Below, piece after piece: positions 17,002-23,205 of a DNA stretch of 26,337 nt (positions within the stretch are counted from its first letter, which is position 1; the number at the start of each line of letters is the position of its first letter). Below the pieces are notes generated by a model that had not been told where the DNA came from, searched no databases, and saw nothing but the letters and a program-made list of their open reading frames with translations. The DNA comes from an uncultured Lachnospiraceae bacterium (GTDB taxonomy: Bacteria > Bacillota > Clostridia > Lachnospirales > Lachnospiraceae): the NCBI GenBank assembly GCA_902796695.1, contig CADBQE010000194.1, positions 1-26,337 of the forward strand. Reading direction: 5' to 3'. A program made the translations under genes and the position numbers.

Positions 17002-18093
17002 TCAGTACCGATTGATTACATCGATCACATACCGCAGTTCTTCATCCGGCAGGCCGGCATAGATCGGCAGCGAAACTTCTTCCCGGGCATAGCGGGTCGC
17101 ATTCGGGAAGTCTTCCCAGTGACAGCCCAGGTCGGCATAGCAGTCCGCCACATACGGCGGGATCGGATAATGGACCTGCGTATGGATGCCGTTTTCCTTC
17201 AGGTAGGCCAGGAAGTTTTCTCTGTCCCGCACCAGGACCGGGAACAGATGATAGACATGCTCCGCGGCGGCATAGACGGGAGGGATGATCACTTTCGGGT
17301 TCCGGAGGCCTGCCTTATAGGCTTCCGCCTGGCGTCTGCGTTCTTCGGTCCCTTCGGCCATATGCTTGAGGCCCACCTTCAGCAGGGCGGCCTGCAGTTC
17401 ATCCATACGGCTGTTGACGCCGTTGATCTCGTTGTGATATTTGATGCGGCTTCCGTAATTGCGGAGCAGTCTGACGCGTTCCGCCAGTTCGTCGTCGTTC
17501 GTGACGATCGCGCCGGCGTCGCCGAAGGCGCCCAACGGCTTGGTCGGATAGAAGCTGAAGCATCCGATCGTTCCGAAAGTCCCGGTCAGCTGTCCCCCGT
17601 AGGTGGAGCCGTGGCACTGCGCGCAGTCTTCGATCAGCAGCAGGCCATGCTTCCGGCAGATCTCCGTGATTTTATCCATGCGGCTGCTCTGGCCGAACAG
17701 GTGGACCGGAAGGACGGCTTTGGTATGGGGCGTGATCTTTTCCTCGATCCGGTCCGCATCCATTTCCATGTACTCGTCCGCGTCCACAAAGACCGGTGTC
17801 GCGCCGTTTTCCGTCACGCCGATCACGGAAGCGATATAGGCGTTGGCCGGGACGATCACTTCATCCCCGGGGCCGATGCCCAGGGCCCGGACCGCAAGGA
17901 TCAGAGCGTCCGTGCCGGAGTTCAAGGCGACGCAGTGCTTTACGCCAGCCCATTCGGCAAATTCCTTTTCAAACGACTCCATCTCCTTGCCCAGAATATA
18001 CCAGCCGGAGTTTAAAGCCCGCAGGGCCGCTTCTTCATATTCTGCCTTGTGCAGTTCAAATGTTCTCTTCAGAACGACGGAATTGACGTTCAT
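17002..18093 (-). CDS. DegT/DnrJ/EryC1/StrS PLP aminotransferase, FdtB/QdtB-like (dTDP-3-amino-3,6-dideoxyhexose synthase), 363 aa
   Basis: GWYILG, NSGTDAL, IEDCAQCHG, FSFYPTKPLGAFGDAG (PLP lysine), NSRMDELQAA; adjacent to FdtA-like cupins. ATG at 18093 preferred over the GTG at 18132. Confidence 0.9.
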   Translation of the reverse strand: MNVNSVVLKRTFELHKAEYEEAALRALNSGWYILGKEMESFEKEFAEWAGVKHCVALNSGTDALILAVRALGIGPGDEVIVPANAYIASVIGVTENGATPVFVDADEYMEMDADRIEEKITPHTKAVLPVHLFGQSSRMDKITEICRKHGLLLIEDCAQCHGSTYGGQLTGTFGTIGCFSFYPTKPLGAFGDAGAIVTNDDELAERVRLLRNYGSRIKYHNEINGVNSRMDELQAALLKVGLKHMAEGTEERRRQAEAYKAGLRNPKVIIPPVYAAAEHVYHLFPVLVRDRENFLAYLKENGIHTQVHYPIPPYVADCYADLGCHWEDFPNATRYAREEVSLPIYAGLPDEELRYVIDVINRY

Positions 18094-18116
18094 GGGATTC
18101 CGTTCTCCTTCCTGTT

Positions 18117-18560
18117 TCACTCGCTTTTCCACGCTTCTTCTTCCTTAATGTGTTCCATCTCGAGCAGAAAATCATCGAAGCTTCTGATATATTCCCCCGC
18201 GTCATAATACTCATTGGTCAGGACCATCAGAACGGAGTCCTCGCTGAAATCATACATTTCCTTCCAGACCATTCTGGGCAGATAGACGGCCTGGCCCGGC
18301 TCATTCAGTTCGTACACTTCTTCATGAAGGTTTTCATCGATCGTCTTGACTTTGCTGGTTCCCTTTACGTTGAACAGAACGAATTCCGATTTGCGGTTGG
18401 AATGCTTTCCTCTCACTTTTCCGACATTCCCCTGTCCGTAGATGTAAAACACCCGCTTGATCTCAAAGGGAACATCGCGGAGTCCCTCCACCCGGATGGC
18501 TCCTCCGTTGCTGAATTCCGGAAAAGACAGCATTTTTACTCCCGCATAGTAACTGTTCAT
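18117..18560 (-). CDS. FdtA/QdtA (WxcM-like) cupin, sugar 3,4-ketoisomerase family, 147 aa
   Basis: DVPFEIKRVFYIY, VRGKHSN, VWKEMYDFSEDSVLMVLTNEYYDAGEYIRSF. Confidence 0.88.
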   Translation of the reverse strand: MNSYYAGVKMLSFPEFSNGGAIRVEGLRDVPFEIKRVFYIYGQGNVGKVRGKHSNRKSEFVLFNVKGTSKVKTIDENLHEEVYELNEPGQAVYLPRMVWKEMYDFSEDSVLMVLTNEYYDAGEYIRSFDDFLLEMEHIKEEEAWKSE

Positions 18561-18620
18561 AGATTCGATTTCATCTCTCTTTTCGCGTTGTGACGGACGG
18601 CGGACTGACCGGCGCCGCCT

Positions 18621-19805
18621 TTAATCGATAATCCCGCCCAGGACCTCCGCGGATTCGATGGTGGCGGACCAGTCGCGGATCCGGAGGAACTGCAGATACT
18701 CGCTGTAATCGCTGTTGAGCTTGTCGTAATCATAATGATCCGACGCGGCTACGCACAGAACGCTTCCCTGCTTTTTCCATACCATTTCGCGCCAGACGTG
18801 CGGATTGAGAATGACGCCTTCCGACGGTTTGGAAAGGCTGATCGTTTTCCGTTCCTTTCCGGTATCCACGATCACGTCGATGCTGCCGTACGGGCAGAAC
18901 AGAAAATGCCAGCTCTGCTTATGGGCATGAAAACCGCGCTGCTTCTCCTGCTCGGATTCGAAGATCGTGTAAAAGCAGCGGATCTGCATGGGAATATCGC
19001 GTTCGCTTTCAAAGAAGGACAGGCCGGACGTCTGGTCTTCCTTGGACAGGGCGGTCTGGATGCCGATGATCTCGATATCCGGGGCCGTCCGGATCGGATT
19101 CCGGAAAACGGAGATTCCCATATTTCTGGATTCGCGCAGCAGCACTTCCGGCACGTCTATGCTGTTCGGTCCGCAGATATAGACTCTGTCGATCTGCTCC
19201 CAGGCCAGGAAAGCGACCGCATCCTTCCGGTCCACGATGACCGGGATATTGTCCATTGTATACTCGTTGGTTTTATCGGTAACAAAAATGCCCTGAATGT
19301 CCATTCCGGCCTGGGCGGCCACGGCCAGCCCGTCGCGGGCGTATCCGTCCGTCGTGACCAGCAGAACGGACGGCGGCGTAGACCGTGCGGCATTTTTCCT
19401 CCGGACAATGCTTCTCAGAAGAATATGGGCCAGAATGATCAGGATCAGGTATAATGCGTAGGCCGTATAGATTGTCAGGCGGGAGAATTCCGTTCCCTGC
19501 TTCGTGGAAAACAGGACGATCGCGAGGATCGCGAACGAGATCACCACTTGCTTGAAGCTCTGGACAACCTCAATGCGCTTCCGCCGTCTGATCACCCCCT
19601 TGAGGGTATTGAAGACCAGGCTGACGAAAACGTCGATCACTATCATGCAGATAATGACAAAGATATAGCGTCCGGAATCATTGCTGCGGCTGCCGACGGT
19701 TTCATAAAAACGGACAGCAAGAAAATTGCTCAGCAGCAGGCAGGCCAGATCCAGAAGGATATATCCCACATATTTAATTTTGCCCCGATGCAGTTGTTCC
19801 TTCAT
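18621..19805 (-). CDS. Fusion protein: WcaJ/CpsE-like N-terminal membrane + Rossmann-like region joined to a C-terminal FdtA/QdtA cupin, 394 aa
   Basis: Four hydrophobic segments in about aa 12-130, then LLVTT...EQIDRVYI...MGISV (priming-GT N-terminal pattern), then DIPMQI...QRGFHAHK...VWREM...SVLCVAASDHYD (cupin). Confidence 0.72.
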   Translation of the reverse strand: MKEQLHRGKIKYVGYILLDLACLLLSNFLAVRFYETVGSRSNDSGRYIFVIICMIVIDVFVSLVFNTLKGVIRRRKRIEVVQSFKQVVISFAILAIVLFSTKQGTEFSRLTIYTAYALYLILIILAHILLRSIVRRKNAARSTPPSVLLVTTDGYARDGLAVAAQAGMDIQGIFVTDKTNEYTMDNIPVIVDRKDAVAFLAWEQIDRVYICGPNSIDVPEVLLRESRNMGISVFRNPIRTAPDIEIIGIQTALSKEDQTSGLSFFESERDIPMQIRCFYTIFESEQEKQRGFHAHKQSWHFLFCPYGSIDVIVDTGKERKTISLSKPSEGVILNPHVWREMVWKKQGSVLCVAASDHYDYDKLNSDYSEYLQFLRIRDWSATIESAEVLGGIID

Positions 19806-19858
19806 GGTTTCGGTCTTTTCTTTACAGACTGCCGTACGGTCACAAACCCGGGTCAGCC

Positions 19859-21697
19859 TTACGGGCTGACCCAGTCGCCGTTGTAGACCTGGCGGATCAG
19901 GTTCTGGGCATAAGACACCGTGCCCCAGTTCGGATACATGACATAGGCTGCGGTTCCGATGCTGAAGCAGTATTCCAGGCCGCCGCTTCCGTTCACGTTG
20001 TAACTGGCGATGTTCCAGCTTTCGCCGCCCAGTACGCTGCGGCCGAACGCCGCGATCGTTTCATAGGGCACCGTGGTGCGGGCCAGGCCGCCCACCGCGC
20101 TCATGACCTGGTCCAGGTTGGCAATGGTGGAGAAGGAGGCCAGTTTGGAGATCACAGCCTTGATCAGAGCCATCTGATTGCCGCCGCGGTCTCTGTCGCC
20201 TCCGGGCAGATGACGCCGCTCCCGGGCAAACGCCAGGGCCTTCGCGCCGTCCACCGTATTGTTCCCGGCCACGAAATGATACCGGTATGCGGTTTCGTAG
20301 CGGGGTTCCGCGGATTCATCCGTGGAGGATTCCGGATCCGTGATCAGTTTCTGATAGGAGCCGGTATCGAATTCATAGGAAGAATAGACCGTAACGCCGC
20401 CCATGGCGTCGATCAGTGTTTTCATGCCGTCAAAACCGACCCGGAAATAATACTGGCTGGTAACACCGTACAGATTTCTCAGGGCATCCATGCTGGCCTG
20501 CACGCCGTAGTAGCCCGCGTGGGTCAGTTTGTCCCGCGTACCGCCCAGGGACGGGAATGCCACGAAATAGTCCCGGGGGGTGTTCAGCAGCAGCACCTGA
20601 CGGCTGTTCATATTGACGACCGCCAGAATGTTCACGTCGCTGTTGCCCCGGTCGGCCAGACCGCCGCCGCGGGTATCCAGGCCGGAGATATAAATGGTAA
20701 AGATGCGGCCTTCCTGGCCCTGCGGCACCGTGATGGGGCCGGCTGTGGGCGGCTGGGTGGGAGGCGGGGTCGTGCCGATGGGAGCGTCCGTATAGATCGG
20801 AGCCGTCCACGACGGCGCTTCGGTCTCGATGACTTCACCGGAAGCTTCCGTAGATTCGGACGTTGCGTGCTTGATCAGGATCCAGCTGCGGGTCCCGTGC
20901 GTGGGATCCTCCGCTTTTTCGGAAGCATCCGCTGCCGTGGAAGCAGCCGATTCGCCGGGAAGCGTTGAGATCTGGGTCGGTCTTTCTGCGTAGAAATCCG
21001 TGATCAGGCGGATCTTCTCCGTCACATCGGAGAATCCGCTGATGCCCGAAAGCATGGCAATGTGCTCATGAGCCAGAATGACGGCCCGGACTTCGCCGCT
21101 GTACAGAGCATTGACTGCCTCGGCAGGGCTGCCGTAGGTTCTGACCTGAGGCTGCTCTTTCATTTTTGCGGAGATATCATCCAGCGCCTGTTCCGCCTCG
21201 TCTCTGTCGAGCACTTCCAGAATGCCGATCACGGCGCCCGAAAGGTCTTCTATCGAGGCTGCCGTATCATCTTTCAGCACATAGACATCCATGGCGACCG
21301 TCTGCTGCATCTCCGTGGAGGGCTCCTGCCACTGATTCATGCTGTTCTGCGTTTTATTGATTATTCCGGTTCCGATAATAAGCCCCGCGCTGACCAGCAC
21401 GGCCAGCAGCGCACCGATAATAAAGCGGACCTTTCTTTTAAAGTTCCAGCACAGGAATCCGACCGCGCCGGCCAGCAGCAGCAGGCCCAGCGCGATCAGC
21501 ACCATGAATTTTCCCGGCACCATCTGGAAGCGCAGCAGCCGGAGGAAAAACCAGCCTTCTACCAGCAGAAACAGTCCGGTCACGAGAATGCCGGGCAGGT
21601 TCAATGCCGCTCTTCTGTTCCGGCGGCTGCGGGACATTCTGGCTTCCGGTTCAAGATCCGACAGCTTGCCGTCATCCATTCCGTTGCTATATTTCAT
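19859..21697 (-). CDS. LCP (LytR-CpsA-Psr) family cell-wall polymer attachment protein, CpsA-like, 612 aa
   Basis: Three N-terminal TM segments, an accessory extracellular domain, a P/T/A-rich linker, and an LCP domain (YISGLD, SDVNIL, TPRDY, DKLTHAG, IDAMGGV, ALAFARER, DRDRGGNQ). Confidence 0.92.
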   Translation of the reverse strand: MKYSNGMDDGKLSDLEPEARMSRSRRNRRAALNLPGILVTGLFLLVEGWFFLRLLRFQMVPGKFMVLIALGLLLLAGAVGFLCWNFKRKVRFIIGALLAVLVSAGLIIGTGIINKTQNSMNQWQEPSTEMQQTVAMDVYVLKDDTAASIEDLSGAVIGILEVLDRDEAEQALDDISAKMKEQPQVRTYGSPAEAVNALYSGEVRAVILAHEHIAMLSGISGFSDVTEKIRLITDFYAERPTQISTLPGESAASTAADASEKAEDPTHGTRSWILIKHATSESTEASGEVIETEAPSWTAPIYTDAPIGTTPPPTQPPTAGPITVPQGQEGRIFTIYISGLDTRGGGLADRGNSDVNILAVVNMNSRQVLLLNTPRDYFVAFPSLGGTRDKLTHAGYYGVQASMDALRNLYGVTSQYYFRVGFDGMKTLIDAMGGVTVYSSYEFDTGSYQKLITDPESSTDESAEPRYETAYRYHFVAGNNTVDGAKALAFARERRHLPGGDRDRGGNQMALIKAVISKLASFSTIANLDQVMSAVGGLARTTVPYETIAAFGRSVLGGESWNIASYNVNGSGGLEYCFSIGTAAYVMYPNWGTVSYAQNLIRQVYNGDWVSP

Positions 21698-21762
21698 TGA
21701 TTATCCTCACTTTTCCAATAGCATACAAGGCATCAGAAAAACTCCTCTGCCTTTCGCGCTGT

Positions 21763-21791
21763 ATTATAACAAAGCCCCCCTGAAAATGCAA
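21763..21791 (-). promoter_or_regulatory. SigA promoter of the surface-polymer operon
   Basis: Minus strand TTGCAT (21791-21786), 17 nt, TATAAT (21768-21763), with extended -10 TGtTATAAT. Confidence 0.75.
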
Positions 21792-21863
21792 GCATAACGG
21801 TAACCCTCCGATTACGGCCTGAATGCGTGATATTTCGATGTCCGGCGGTCCTTTTTCCCCCAG

Positions 21864-21909
21864 AAAAAAAAGCATCCGGAGCCCGGAAATGCGGGATCGG
21901 ATGCTTTTT
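21864..21909 (-). terminator. Intrinsic terminator downstream of ald (possibly bidirectional)
   Basis: AAAAAGCATCCG...CCCG-gaaatg-CGGG...CGGATGCTTTTT, a long interrupted stem flanked by A8/T5 tracts. Confidence 0.75.
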
Positions 21910-21960
21910 ACTCTTTAATATTTCCTTACGGGAACCGGGATGCGGTCCCGGGCCGCCGGA

Positions 21961-23076
21961 TCAGAACAGCGTATGGATATCCGTATACTCGTAATCCGTG
22001 AAGCTGTCCGCCACGTTCTTGCAGGTCAGCTTGCCCGCGTACGTGTTGATGGCGGAGTAGATGCAGGGGTTGGCCTGGCAGGCCTTCTCCAGGCCCAGGT
22101 TCGCGATCTGCAGGCCGTAGCGCAGGGTCGCGTTGGTCAGGGCGATGGTGGAAGTGCGCGGCACGGCGCCGGGCATGTTGCCTACACAGTAGTGGACCAC
22201 GCCGTCCACGACGAAGATGGGATCGTCATGCGTGGTGGCATGGGTGGTCTCGCCGCAGCCGCCCTGGTCCACGGCCACGTCCACGAAGACGGCGCCGGGC
22301 TTCATTTCCTTCAGGTAGGCTTTCTTGAACAGCTTGGGAGCGGACTTGCCGGGGATCAGCACGGAACCGATCACGAGGTCGGCTTCCTTCACGGCGTTTT
22401 CGATATTGGCATCCGTGGAGACCAGGGTCTGGATGCGGGAGCCGAAGAGCTCGTCCAGGTACTCCAGACGCTTCAGGTTGATGTCGATGATGGTCACGTT
22501 CGCGCCCATGCCGACCGCGATCTTGCAGGCGTTGGCGCCCACGGTGCCGGCGCCCAGGATCACCACGTTGGCCTTGGGAGTGCCGGGCACGCCCGCCAGC
22601 AGCACGCCTTCGCCGCCGAAGGTCTTCTCCAGATACTTGGCACCTTCCTGGATGGACAGGCGGCCGGCGATCTGGCTCATCGGGATCAGCAGCGGCAGGG
22701 AGCCGTCGCGCTCCACGAGGGTCTCATAGGCCACGCCCTTGACCTTGTGCTGCAGCAGCGCATCCGTCTGGGGCTTGTCGGCGGCCAGATGGAGGTATGT
22801 AAACAGGATCTGGTCCTCTTTCATCAGCTTGTATTCCGGCTCCAGGGGCTCTTTGACCTTGACGATCATTTCCGCATCATTCCAGACCTGTTCGGCCGTG
22901 GGGATGATCACGGCGCCCGCCGCTTCATACTGCGCATCCGTGAAACCGGAGCCCAGACCGGCTCCTTTTTCGATCATCACGGTGTGGCCGGCTCTTACAT
23001 AAGCCTTCACGTTGTCCGGGGTCAGACCCACGCGGTTCTCATTGTTCTTGATTTCTTTTACGCATCCGACTTTCAT
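21961..23076 (-). CDS. ald: Alanine dehydrogenase, 371 aa
   Basis: KEIKNNENRVGLTP, IVKVKEP, FTYLHLAAD, MSQIAGRLS, ILGAGTVG, DVAVDQGGC, NMPGAVPRTST; AAGGAGG RBS. Confidence 0.96.
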   Translation of the reverse strand: MKVGCVKEIKNNENRVGLTPDNVKAYVRAGHTVMIEKGAGLGSGFTDAQYEAAGAVIIPTAEQVWNDAEMIVKVKEPLEPEYKLMKEDQILFTYLHLAADKPQTDALLQHKVKGVAYETLVERDGSLPLLIPMSQIAGRLSIQEGAKYLEKTFGGEGVLLAGVPGTPKANVVILGAGTVGANACKIAVGMGANVTIIDINLKRLEYLDELFGSRIQTLVSTDANIENAVKEADLVIGSVLIPGKSAPKLFKKAYLKEMKPGAVFVDVAVDQGGCGETTHATTHDDPIFVVDGVVHYCVGNMPGAVPRTSTIALTNATLRYGLQIANLGLEKACQANPCIYSAINTYAGKLTCKNVADSFTDYEYTDIHTLF

Positions 23077-23150
23077 CAGGCGCCTCCTTCAGCAGATATT
23101 ATTCCGGGAGTATTTCCGTACTTCTTTTTATATCTCAGGTTTACCATAGG

Positions 23151-23184
23151 AAAGAAAAAAGGGCAAGAGGTTTCCCCCTCGCCC
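23151..23184 (-). terminator. Intrinsic terminator after copA
   Basis: Minus strand GGGC-GAGG-GGGAAA-CCTC-TT-GCCC followed by TTTTTTCTTT, 22 bp after the copA stop. Confidence 0.65.
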
Positions 23185-23205
23185 CGGAATAACTGTTTTT
23201 TGAAA

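Noticed and set aside
9630-19850. Short GCCGTCCGT/GCCGTACGG-like words recurring in several intergenic gaps (about 9640, 18590, 19830)
   Set aside because: Short, GC-rich, in inconsistent orientation and position; compatible with chance.
21961-23076. ald as part of the opine/polymer system (Ala/pyruvate supply)
   Set aside because: It is separated from the operon by its own terminator and by the operon's own promoter; it is a conserved housekeeping gene and adjacency alone is insufficient.
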